The notes: generated from the letters alone by a model not told the origin. A stretch of DNA of 64,000 bases from Nemertoderma westbladi (GCA_032718475.1 JAUCBJ010007049.1:49061-113060), one strand, 5' to 3'. Positions 1 through 10,529 are shown, counted from the stretch's first letter. Translations and numbers: made by a program.

Positions 1-1
1 G

Positions 2-3000
2 ATGGAGGTAAGGCACCGCCAAATCCAGGAACGAATGAAGGAAGGTTCGATAGGAGCACCTGGACGGGAACGACAATTAGTTAAAGACTTATGTCAAAGA
101 TTCCCTCAAGTAACTCCTATGTTTGCACCAGTTACGACTAAGGAACCTGTTTCGATTGCGGGTAGTAGTAACATTTCTCCTATCCGTGGTGCGACGGAAC
201 ACAGGTTTGTTATTCCGGACAAGTTTACACCACCAAGAGCAACGTCGTCGCCTATTCTAAAAGTCAAGGTAAGTAACCCACCGATTACAGATCGTAGTAG
301 TTTATTAGTCGAACCTGTATTACTGACGACTAAACAGGTGAGTCCACTGTCGACACCTAAACCCGTTACACACTACGAATACCCAATGACGTTTCGACCT
401 ACAAGGCCAGTTCAGTTTACATCGCAATCTACGACTTCGAGGAAGACTTGTGAGCCTACCGAACAACGGAGACCAGTGGATACGCGACCGAACCAGTTTA
501 CATCGCAATCTACGACTTCGAGGAAGACTTGTGAGCCTACCGAACAACGGAGACCAGTGGATACGCGACCGAACCAGTTTACATCGCAATCTACGACTTC
601 GAGGAAGACTTGTGAGCCTACCGAACAACGGAGACCAGTGGATACGCGACCGAACCAGTTTACATCGCAATCTACGACTTCGAGGAAGACTTGTGAGCCT
701 ACCGAACAACGGAGATCAGTGGACGATGTTCCAAAGCGAAACGTGAGAATTCGTACGACGCAACGGACGCGAACACGTCGACCACCATATCCAGATGATA
801 GTAGTACTTCGAGCGAATCGGATTACCCGAAACGCGAGGTATTTAGAACAGGGGCGGCCGATGAATATAAACGCGAGCGTTCAGACAACTCCTTTGCAGA
901 CAATCCTCCACAAAATACACCAACACAGAAGGCGTTACAACCCACGGACGCAATCAGTACACAACAGTTAGCCGACATCATGCGACCAGTTGTTAACAAG
1001 TTGGCTCAGATCGAGGAGCGTCTGGAGGAAGTTCAAACCGATAGTTCGAGGAACACTGAATTCGAACACAATAGACACCCGAAGGAACCACAAAGACCGG
1101 TACCTTCAAAACACCCATCGTATCAGGGAAAAGCGCCAAGAAGGGATATCAACCAGTGTACCAACCAAGGACGCGAAACTCGGAACGTTGCCGAGGAGAT
1201 AGCGAAATTCGCAGCCAGACAGGGATTGCCGGTGCAACAACCACCTAAGTTTTCCGGTAGCTCAAAACACTGGCACACTTTCGTAGACTATATCGAATCT
1301 CAGATCGCCGTGTGCGCCTTTACATCACGGGAGAAGTTTAATTACCTGCTTCAAACGTTGTCAGGAGAACCTAAACGTTTGGCAGAGACCTTCGTTGGTG
1401 TACCGGACGCCTTCGAACTAGCGTACGATCGTTTAACTTCGATATATGGAGGTACAGTCAGTATGGCCAGGTCAGTAATAGAGGAACTCTGTAAGGGAGG
1501 GGCTATCACTAAACCCGTCGACTTATTAAAACTGGCCGACGAGATAAAGAACGCTATCACTACTTTAAGATCCATTGGACAACTTGACTACGGGAATACC
1601 CCTACAGTCCTATTAAAGATCATAGGACGACTCCACCATCGACTTCGTCGGGAGTGGAGAAAGATCGAATACCAGCGAGAAGAGCGGGGTGGATTCTTAA
1701 AATTAGAAGATGTGTACCTTTTGATATCCAGGGAGGCAGTAGTAGAAACTCGATCTAACTACACTGACCAGCACATCGTGGCAGAAGGGATCACCTTGCC
1801 ATCCTCCAACCGACAAAAACCCCAGACAACATCCACCAAGACGGCCACTTACGCCACATCGACGGAAACCCGACAATTCTCGGACGGAAATAGGGTATCT
1901 ACGCCCATTGGGATAAAACAGACTCGACAGCAACTCAGTACCGACTTCAGCGGCTGCCAATACTGCGAGCATTTAGGCAAGCGGTATAGCGGTCACAAGT
2001 TGAGAGGTTGTCGACAGTTTCGCGAGTTAAACTCGGAAGAACGACGGCTGCAGATACGGCCATTGGACTCTTGTTGGCGGTGTACGCGACACGGACACGT
2101 CCGTAAAGATTGCCCAAATACCGACACTTGTCCATCCTGTGGACGCAACCACGACGGTCTGCTCCACACAGACAGCCACACGCCGACAAAACGCTTCGCC
2201 AGGGAACACCCGGAAGCAGCAGCGAGATGTGATGCGGCCTATAAGAATCGAGAATCGAAAACGACTCCAACCTTCGTGACCCATATTGAGGATTGCTTCT
2301 CAGAACAACCCGGATCGTCGGACGAAGAGTCAGAAGACGACGACGTATATTCGGATGGAGATGAACAGCCATCGATCGCGCTTCTGACTACTGACCAACT
2401 GAAGGGATTCAGTGTAATTCCGATTAAGATTACTGGCACAAAGGGGAGTAAGAGAATCTACGCTATCCTGGATTCAGCCTCATCTCACAGCTACGTGGAT
2501 GAAAAGATAGCTGACGTCGTGACGGATCTCAGACTAGGTAAGCGCGTCAGTTATACCGTAAGTAGTATGCACGGACAGCGTGCAATACCAGTGACACGAG
2601 TTAAGTTGGACTTAGACTCTCTTCTTCCAAAATCGCAGCACAGCGAGAGGGAGAGGTCTTTGTTACCCTTCAAGGATTTGACCTTTGCGGCCACAAAAGA
2701 CTTTAGTAACCTACTAGGTCCGGTCCCAGAACAATCCTTGGAGGACCGTAAGTATTTCAGACACCTTGGTGTACCTGAATGTCCTGTCAATTATAGATCG
2801 GTAGCCATGCTGATCGGGACGGACCAATTCAACCTACATCAGGTGTGGGAAACCAGACCATCGGCAGTCGTAGCGGGAAACGCATACGCCTGTAGAACGC
2901 CGATAGGGTGGTATACTCGAGCGCCTGTGCGCACACTGGACATAAGTGACGAGGAAGACGATGTACAAAGTACATGTAGTTTATTAACTATAAATTCAAT

Positions 3001-3241
3001 TCATTCCTTTTCACACGACGTGGACCATACTACACTACAGTCGACAAAACATAACAGACGTGTAACTAGTATGATAAGTCACAAGGAGCAGCTAACCCAC
3101 CAGGTGAGTTTAGAACTTGGGGAGAAGACGAGTCAGCTAGAGATTCCATCGACGACAGATGATAGGCTTGCGAGTCTACCTACCCCAACAACCTCAACAA
3201 TGCCCGTCGATATCGATGATGACGCGTTGAGAAATCATTAA
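2..3241 (+). CDS. gag: BEL/Pao Gag plus aspartic protease (may be 5'-partial)
   Basis: DUF1759-like segment PPKFSGSSKHWHTF..EKFNYLLQTLSGEPK; knuckles CQYC..H..C, CWRCTRHGHVRKDC, CPSCGRNHDGLLH; protease motif ILDSASSHSYV. Ends at TAA in frame with the next ORF. Confidence 0.93.
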   Translation: MEVRHRQIQERMKEGSIGAPGRERQLVKDLCQRFPQVTPMFAPVTTKEPVSIAGSSNISPIRGATEHRFVIPDKFTPPRATSSPILKVKVSNPPITDRSSLLVEPVLLTTKQVSPLSTPKPVTHYEYPMTFRPTRPVQFTSQSTTSRKTCEPTEQRRPVDTRPNQFTSQSTTSRKTCEPTEQRRPVDTRPNQFTSQSTTSRKTCEPTEQRRPVDTRPNQFTSQSTTSRKTCEPTEQRRSVDDVPKRNVRIRTTQRTRTRRPPYPDDSSTSSESDYPKREVFRTGAADEYKRERSDNSFADNPPQNTPTQKALQPTDAISTQQLADIMRPVVNKLAQIEERLEEVQTDSSRNTEFEHNRHPKEPQRPVPSKHPSYQGKAPRRDINQCTNQGRETRNVAEEIAKFAARQGLPVQQPPKFSGSSKHWHTFVDYIESQIAVCAFTSREKFNYLLQTLSGEPKRLAETFVGVPDAFELAYDRLTSIYGGTVSMARSVIEELCKGGAITKPVDLLKLADEIKNAITTLRSIGQLDYGNTPTVLLKIIGRLHHRLRREWRKIEYQREERGGFLKLEDVYLLISREAVVETRSNYTDQHIVAEGITLPSSNRQKPQTTSTKTATYATSTETRQFSDGNRVSTPIGIKQTRQQLSTDFSGCQYCEHLGKRYSGHKLRGCRQFRELNSEERRLQIRPLDSCWRCTRHGHVRKDCPNTDTCPSCGRNHDGLLHTDSHTPTKRFAREHPEAAARCDAAYKNRESKTTPTFVTHIEDCFSEQPGSSDEESEDDDVYSDGDEQPSIALLTTDQLKGFSVIPIKITGTKGSKRIYAILDSASSHSYVDEKIADVVTDLRLGKRVSYTVSSMHGQRAIPVTRVKLDLDSLLPKSQHSERERSLLPFKDLTFAATKDFSNLLGPVPEQSLEDRKYFRHLGVPECPVNYRSVAMLIGTDQFNLHQVWETRPSAVVAGNAYACRTPIGWYTRAPVRTLDISDEEDDVQSTCSLLTINSIHSFSHDVDHTTLQSTKHNRRVTSMISHKEQLTHQVSLELGEKTSQLEIPSTTDDRLASLPTPTTSTMPVDIDDDALRNH
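413..722 (+). repeat. 81-bp in-frame tandem repeat (about 3.8 copies) in gag
   Basis: GGAAGACTTGTGAGCC at 441, 522, 603, 684; encodes QFTSQSTTSRKTCEPTEQRRPVDTRPN. Confidence 0.95.
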
Positions 3242-6200
3242 ATGGAACAAGCCGCATTGGACAAAGAATTGACGGAGAAGACTATCAGGTGGTTAGAACA
3301 AGATACAGCTGAACCTGGTAGCTACGAACCATGTATGTCGGAACAGGAGAAACAATCTTTGAGGATCATGGAAGATACTATCCGCCAGACGAAAGACGGA
3401 CATTATGAGGTGGGGATGTTATGGCGTAGCCAAAGTCCTAAACTTATAAATAACTACCCACTAGCTTTAAGACGTCTACACTCAATACGGCAACGTCTAT
3501 TAAAGGACGAGAAAGCCCATCTGCAGTACAACACTCAGATGGAGACGTATTTGACTAAGGGATACGCTATCCGAATGACTAACCCAGAGATAGTGACTAA
3601 CCAAACATATTACTTGCCACATCACTATGTGAGACACCCCGACAAACCAGATAAAGTACGCGTAGTCAATGACTGTGCGGCTCTGTTTGAGGGAATGTCC
3701 CTCAATAGTGAGTTGATGGATGGACCAAACATGAATAATTATCTTATGGGGGTGATTATGCGCTTCCGTCAGCGTCAAGTAGCTTTTACTTGTGACGTAG
3801 AAGCGATGTTTCACCAAGTGAAAGCGTTAGAGCGAGACAGAGACAGTTTGCGGTTCCTCTGGTACCCGGAAGGAGACTTAAGTCTACCACCGGCGACTTA
3901 CCAAATGCAAGTTCGCGTTTTCGGTGCCAGGGACAGCCCAAACTGCACGATGTACACCCTAAAACAAGCCGCTAGGGATCAGAAACATCTATATGACCCA
4001 GAGATAATTAAAATCGTAGAACGTGACTTTTACGTTGACGACGGTTTACAGAGTTGCGACACAGTAGAACGTGCTACAACAGTAGCACATCAATTACGGG
4101 ACTGCTTAGCGGGCGGAGGTTTTAACCTCACCAAATTCGCCTCAAACAGTGCCGAATTAGTAGATTCATTCGGAACGACTGAGCGTGGAGGTGGTGACAT
4201 AGACCTAGAGTTCGAACCACTACCGACGACCAAGGTGTTGGGGCTCTTTTGGGACCCAAACACGGACAACTTTCGAGTGAAAGTAAGACTGGACAGTCAA
4301 GAAAACACACTGACAAAGAGATCATGCTTGTCAAAATTGAGCCGATTGTTCGATCCATTAGGATTCATCAGTCCAATAATACTGCAAGCCCGCATTTATA
4401 TGCGCAGTATTTGGAAGGATGGACTGACATGGGACGAGCCGATCTCATCAGACCAAGTGGACTTATGGAAGACCTGGGAGGCGGAATTATCTTCGCTAGA
4501 AGATTATTCCATACCCAGAGTCTACTTTCCATTACAAACTACATTTCCTGACAACTTGGAATTACATTGTTTTTCTGACGCCAGTGACAACGGTTTTGGT
4601 GTGGCAGCGTACTTGCGCAGACAAGTAGACTCAGAAGAATTCGACGTTTCGCTCATTACTTCTAAGGCAAAAACAATGCCTACTAAGTATATGACGACAC
4701 CACGAGCTGAGCTACAAGCCGCAACCCTGTCAACCACCATCGTGAACCTTATACAGACAGAACTACAGTCAAGTTTACAGATATTTTATTGGACTGACGC
4801 GACGTTGGTTTTATTTTACATAAACAACGACACACTTGAATTCAAGACATTCGTAGCTAACCGTCGCGCGGAAATTCTGGACCGTTCAATAAAAGAGGAT
4901 TGGCGACATTGTCCCGGACCACAAAACCCAGCCGATATTGCGTCGCGAGGAATGATGCCTGAGGAATTCTGTAAACCGGAGAACAAAGAATTTTGGCAAC
5001 ACGGACCCCAATTCTTGCAGAAATCGACGCAAGATTGGCCACCGTTATACGACAACAAGTCTAACACCATCCCTAAGGACGCCGAAATCAAGAAACCAAA
5101 AAAGGGGAAGGCAAAGAAAAAGACGACGGCGACTAAACTCAAGAAAAAACCGAAGGCGAAATGGAAAGATATAACTTCAAAGGTCAAGAGAGGAAGACTT
5201 GCGAGCCTTTCTACACCAGACATATCGCCAGACGGTCAACCAGACACGTTACTAGACAGCCAACCAGACATTTTGCCAGACATATCACAAAATGTTCTAC
5301 CAGACACTAGTAACACATTGACAAATAGAAAAGCCGCAGTTTCTCTATTGGAGCGGCCTTCTGTTGACAAACAACCAGATACGTTACCAGACGTATCGCC
5401 AGACACATTACTAGACAGTCGACTAGACATTTTGTCAGAAACATCACAAAATGTTCTACCGGACATTAGTAATGTATTGACTAACAGTAAAGCCGCAGTT
5501 TCCCTATTGGAGCGGCCTTGTATTGACAAACTACCAATTTTGACACACTTGAGCAACCATAAGCATGGTGAAACCTCATGTATTACAGATGTGGGTAGTA
5601 CCTACGCTAACGTAAATACAGGTGTTACTCTGCGCTCAAGAGACATACCCAACTTGCAACCTATGGTGAGACCTGGGATTAATGTCGGCAGAAAAATAGG
5701 TTTACCGAAACCTGCTGACCCCATAGAGTTCAAACCACCATTAACGATCGACTTACAAAGTACCGACAATCAAGGTAAGAAGACGAAGAAGGATAAATTA
5801 CTTGTAGACCCGGACGGATCAACAGTCAACAAGGGAATACTTACCGGCGGACCCGTGGGCCCTTCTAGTAATTCAAAACCTTCAAAATTCTCCATTGACT
5901 TACCTGATGACGTCACAAATACTCACGTCGACCGTATTGTAAACTTAACAGACTCTTGGTCAAACGCTTGCCGAAAATTAGCGTGGATTGTACGTTTTGT
6001 ACAATACGTTAAAGGCAAACGCGACTTTACACGTCGACTTACATTGGCTGAGATTGACAGGTGTGAGATTAAATTAATTCGCCATTACCAACTGCGATAT
6101 TTCGCGCGCGAATTCACATCCATAAATCAAGGTCAACCAATCAAGTCGTCACCAATATTGAGTTGGAGTCCGATTATTTATAATGGCTTAATTTGTCATA

Positions 6201-7435
6201 AATCTCGGCTTCAAAACATTGACTTTAACACAAACTTTAGATACCCAATAATAATACCGCAACACCACGAACTACAACGTGCAATGATACTGGACGCACA
6301 TTTACATCTGAAACACGCTGGAAGACACCACTGTCTTTCCTACTTACGTACAAGATTTGTATTAATTAGACCCAGTAAAGCATTAAGTTCAGTGACACGT
6401 ACGTGTATTATTTGTAAAAAGGTACATTCTAGAATAGGTACCCAAGAAATGAGTGAACTACCACAAGCACGACTTCAAGCATTCAGACCACCTTTTACAG
6501 AGACTGGAATTGATTGCTTTGGTCCCATACATACGAAACGTGGACGTATACTAGTAAAACGCTGGGGACTGATTTTCACATGTATGTCCAGTAGGGCAGT
6601 TCATATTGAACGTGTGATGGATCTTTCCACCAACGCGTTTATACTAGCATTGCGGCGATTTATCGCTAGACGCGGACTAGTGAAGTGCTTGTACTCAGAC
6701 CAAGGGACAAACTTTGTTGGTGCTCGAAATGAGATTGCTAGAGCCTTTAAGAAATTAGATCATGATCAAATCTCGAACGAACTACAACCTCACAAGATTG
6801 TTTGGAAGTTTAATCCTCCAGATAGTCCATGGAGAGGCGGAGTCTGGGAGAGATTGATTAGATCTATAAAAACAGCCATGGCAAAGGTCATTCCAGTAAA
6901 CCACATATTGACAGACGACCAACTGACAACACTGTTTGTTGAAATCGAGGCAATACTAAATACTAGACCAATAGTATTAGTACCCGATGACAAACAATCT
7001 CAGTTTGCTTTGACACCAGCACACCTGCTAATGCAGGCACCGACCACTTTAATGCCTATTTCTATTCCAATAGAAAGCGACAGCTACGGTAGAAAAGCGT
7101 GGAAAATCACGCAACTACTGGCTAACAAATTCTGGGAAATATGGCAAAACCATTATTTGCCCTCTATTTCTGCCAGAACAACATGGTACAATAACACCCG
7201 CGCATTAAAGCCGGGAGATCACGTGCTGTTGGCAGAAGTGAATCTAAAAAGACGCTTCTGGATAACAGGTGTAATTTTAGCCACACATCCATCTATGGAT
7301 GGAGTGACAAGAACTGTGACAGTACGGACAATTGACGGTCGTACAGTAGACAGACCGACACAACGTCTCGTACTTCTTGAAGAGACTCGTAACGAGTCTG
7401 GAGACTACAAATCTCCACCTAATACTAGTAAATAA
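3242..7435 (+). CDS. pol: BEL/Pao Pol (RT, RNase H, integrase)
   Basis: YYLPHHYV, DVEAMFHQV, FYVDD (RT); CFSDAS, YWTDA (Pao RNase H); H..H..CIIC, GIDCFGP, SDQGTNF, GGVWERLI (integrase). Confidence 0.96.
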   Translation: MEQAALDKELTEKTIRWLEQDTAEPGSYEPCMSEQEKQSLRIMEDTIRQTKDGHYEVGMLWRSQSPKLINNYPLALRRLHSIRQRLLKDEKAHLQYNTQMETYLTKGYAIRMTNPEIVTNQTYYLPHHYVRHPDKPDKVRVVNDCAALFEGMSLNSELMDGPNMNNYLMGVIMRFRQRQVAFTCDVEAMFHQVKALERDRDSLRFLWYPEGDLSLPPATYQMQVRVFGARDSPNCTMYTLKQAARDQKHLYDPEIIKIVERDFYVDDGLQSCDTVERATTVAHQLRDCLAGGGFNLTKFASNSAELVDSFGTTERGGGDIDLEFEPLPTTKVLGLFWDPNTDNFRVKVRLDSQENTLTKRSCLSKLSRLFDPLGFISPIILQARIYMRSIWKDGLTWDEPISSDQVDLWKTWEAELSSLEDYSIPRVYFPLQTTFPDNLELHCFSDASDNGFGVAAYLRRQVDSEEFDVSLITSKAKTMPTKYMTTPRAELQAATLSTTIVNLIQTELQSSLQIFYWTDATLVLFYINNDTLEFKTFVANRRAEILDRSIKEDWRHCPGPQNPADIASRGMMPEEFCKPENKEFWQHGPQFLQKSTQDWPPLYDNKSNTIPKDAEIKKPKKGKAKKKTTATKLKKKPKAKWKDITSKVKRGRLASLSTPDISPDGQPDTLLDSQPDILPDISQNVLPDTSNTLTNRKAAVSLLERPSVDKQPDTLPDVSPDTLLDSRLDILSETSQNVLPDISNVLTNSKAAVSLLERPCIDKLPILTHLSNHKHGETSCITDVGSTYANVNTGVTLRSRDIPNLQPMVRPGINVGRKIGLPKPADPIEFKPPLTIDLQSTDNQGKKTKKDKLLVDPDGSTVNKGILTGGPVGPSSNSKPSKFSIDLPDDVTNTHVDRIVNLTDSWSNACRKLAWIVRFVQYVKGKRDFTRRLTLAEIDRCEIKLIRHYQLRYFAREFTSINQGQPIKSSPILSWSPIIYNGLICHKSRLQNIDFNTNFRYPIIIPQHHELQRAMILDAHLHLKHAGRHHCLSYLRTRFVLIRPSKALSSVTRTCIICKKVHSRIGTQEMSELPQARLQAFRPPFTETGIDCFGPIHTKRGRILVKRWGLIFTCMSSRAVHIERVMDLSTNAFILALRRFIARRGLVKCLYSDQGTNFVGARNEIARAFKKLDHDQISNELQPHKIVWKFNPPDSPWRGGVWERLIRSIKTAMAKVIPVNHILTDDQLTTLFVEIEAILNTRPIVLVPDDKQSQFALTPAHLLMQAPTTLMPISIPIESDSYGRKAWKITQLLANKFWEIWQNHYLPSISARTTWYNNTRALKPGDHVLLAEVNLKRRFWITGVILATHPSMDGVTRTVTVRTIDGRTVDRPTQRLVLLEETRNESGDYKSPPNTSK
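5215..5535 (+). repeat. About 159-bp in-frame duplication in the RNase H-integrase linker
   Basis: AAGCCGCAGTTTC at 5331 and 5490; SQNVLPD..LTN.KAAVSLLERP occurs twice. Confidence 0.85.
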
Positions 7436-8099
7436 TTAGGAGTTTACAAATAGATTTCCATGTACCTGTACACCGTAGTAAAGACAGCGGTAGAATTCCA
7501 TTGTCTTTATATGTGAACATTGAGGGTAGTACCCTTATGTGTCACATAGGAGCGGGATTTGTAGGTATAAGAAATGGAATTCTACTTGGAACTCACAATA
7601 TTGAGACATTTTCGAAATTTTAGACAATCCATTTGGATTTGAAAAATTTTTAAAAATTTTCTCCAGTAAATAGATTTCAGGGTACAGTCGGGTGGAACTT
7701 AAAATTAGAGAAACAAGAGAGGAAGACTTGCGAGCCTTTCTTAAAATTTTAATTAAATCTTACACGGTCTTGTTTCAATAAGTTACGTCAATAAATAGAC
7801 TCCCCTATATTTATTACTAATTCTTGACTGCTTATTTTCTGATAATAGTTTGGGATCAAAAAGTGAGTATTTTAGACTCACAGCCAGTTTAGCCCAAATT
7901 CGTTTTTTATTTCGGCAAAAAATTTTAGATAAGAAGCAGCGTGTCATTAAAGAAACCCTAGATCTTAGGCTATGGGTAGGAGGTTAGAGCGTTGTCGAGC
8001 CAAAAGGGCAGACGAAAACTCTCATGTCTCCTCACAACTAACAATAAACTCTGTTGTATTCCCTCTAGTAGCAATGATTATGTAACTACACTTCTAATT

Positions 8100-9838
8100 A
8101 TGGAGAAAGGGATACAAGGAGAGCCGAGATGGGGATATGATATCCAAGAGGAAGCAGCAGCGCCATTCGAAAGATTTGGAGCCAAGGACTACACTATATT
8201 TGGTATAAAGGAATTATCAGAAAGTACAGCGAAACTCGCAAAGACTAAATATGACAACCCTTCTACAACTCCGACGCTCAGTGTGATGCCTTTACTCGAG
8301 CAGGATTTAGTATATTTCGAGACGTGTATCTTCGCTGTGCGGGATCTCTTATCGAAAGACCATCTATGTTTACATTGTTACCCTATGAAGGAGAACGTAT
8401 CGTGGAGATTACGGATGAATCACGGCAGACGCGCGCGCCTATCGGTCACCTTGGTGATGATTTCGAAGTAACTACTACGATCACTGACGATCCTTTAGAG
8501 GAACTTCTTGAGATAGAAAGGAACCTCCCGAAGAAATCTCAGACGGAGATTCGACAACTTGAAGCAACAGATGCTATAGTTTGTATACAACCTTCAGAAA
8601 CCTACCAACCCATAGATCCAGATGATTACGATTATAGTGTGGGAGGAAGCGCTCGACCGATTGGAGATCTTATATACGAACGAGTGTGGTACCCTGCCAA
8701 TACAATGTGTAGTAAATGTGGCGTCGCTGGACATCATATGACAAAGTGCAGTGGAAAGCACATTACTACGACTCAGCTAATCTGTGGATGGTGTGGGGAT
8801 CAAGGGTCTCATACCTTTTATACTTGCTGGAGATTTATGGCTCAATGTACTTACTGCAATATAAAAGGACATCGAGCATCTAAATGCCAACTAAGAGACA
8901 TACCTTATGAACACGAATCTGTAAAACTCGTGAGGAAATTATTCGATGAGTGGGAAGATTTAGCCGACGAACATGTATCGGCACAAAGAAGACGGTTTCC
9001 GATGAGAGCGCATCTTGGATTTTGGGCGGTAAATCCCCAAACGATGATGTCGGAAGGATACATCTCCGCTATGCCCCAATACGACGAACTTATCGAGGTA
9101 GTCGATATTTTGCCCCACGACAGTGGATTCCGAGTAGTGCGCGAGTATCTACTACAGATTCACCCGGATAACAAAAACACGTGGAATTTTCAGAAAGTCG
9201 TTAACCGCATTACGTATGGTGAATTCGATCGTTTCCGAACTGAAAAGCGGAATAAAGGAGCTTGGTTAACCGTCGCATGGGCGTACCGAGCCGCGTTTTA
9301 CCATAAACGTATACGAGCGAGCGTATTCGAGGAAGAGGAGGTCCTAGAGGCGACAAATATACCAGCCACTCCGGTTGCGCCGTCTGCACGTCACCCTCGG
9401 GAGGACGGACAGGGTAGGATCATACGGGTCCAGAAAGTGGGCCAACAATTAAAGAAGTCTATTAATATAGAAGAACGCAAGGGAGTCGAGCCGACCATTC
9501 GAATTACTCGGGATACGGTATCACTTCCTAGAGAACCAACAGGAGGATCGGGACATACACCAGCTGATCAACAGGGGGTGCAAGCTACTCTTGGGTCTGT
9601 GTCGTCCGCTTCTCGCGCGTTCCCAGACGTTCTACCAACTGTAGTGACAACTGATCGGTCACGAGGAATCGGTCGAGGTTTTGGGATGCCAAATAGACGA
9701 ATTTGCGAGGAAATAGTCGCACCGTCTCTCAACGTCCAAACGAAACCAGTGACTCGCCCCACAAGTCCCATATCGCGAGCAAAGTCACCTGTGCGCAGTT
9801 TTCGAGGACGCGGCAGGGCTCGATCCACAAAACGATAA
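8100..9838 (+). CDS. Accessory ORF3: three CCHC zinc knuckles and Arg/Gly-rich C-terminus; probable frameshift near 8255
   Basis: CSKCGVAGHHMTKC, CGWCGDQGSHTFYTC, CTYCNIKGHRASKC; tail RSFRGRGRARSTKR. The main frame is open from 8255 to 9838. Joining it to the upstream frame (ATG 8100) is inferred. Confidence 0.75.
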
Positions 9839-10529
9839 AAGGGAGGGCAAGGGTGGACGGAAGACTCGTGAGCCTTTCTTATGATTTTGTGATTTATTTG
9901 AATTTATATTTATATTTGTGTTTATTCCGAACTTAGCAATTTGTATTGTTCCGAATTTATGAAATTTAGAAAGTTTATATTTAGAAGGAACTTATATTTG
10001 AAAGATTTATGTTTCATATTTGAGATGCAAAGGAGTTTATATTATTCTAAACTTATGCAGTTTATATTTATATTTAGTAAAGATTTATATTTTGCAAGAT
10101 TTATATTTTATATTTGTGATTATTCCGAACTTATGCAATTTATATTGTTCCGAATATTATGCAATTTATATCTTATAAGCAGTATTTGTATTTACAGTGA
10201 AATAGAAAGTAAGAGTAGATGGAAGACTCGTGGGCCTTTCTTATAGTTTCATTTGTAAAGTGTTATATTTTGTATTTAGAAAGTTTTATAGTTAGAAAAT
10301 TTTGTGCTTAGAAAGACTCATATTTGTAATTATTCCGAACTCATGCAATCTACATTTAGGCACGAAAGTATTTGTAATTATTTGAATTTATGCAATATTT
10401 GAGATGCAATAGATTTATATTGGTGAATTTAATTTAGATTTATATTGTACTTACTTAGTAAAGCCTTAAATACGTAAAGTTTGAATTTGTAATTATTTTG
10501 TATCGAATCATTATGTAGAAAGGAAGTAT

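Noticed and set aside
5904-5910. Hammerhead ribozyme core CTGATGA (also near 33573 and 62548)
   Set aside because: No matching GAAA core with flanking helices was found by eye; the 33573 copy is part of a TIR.
8927-8934. CTCGTGAG as another copy of the conserved hairpin
   Set aside because: Only the loop and two closing pairs match; the outer stem is absent.
8100-9838. env gene
   Set aside because: No signal peptide, transmembrane helix or fusion-protein features.
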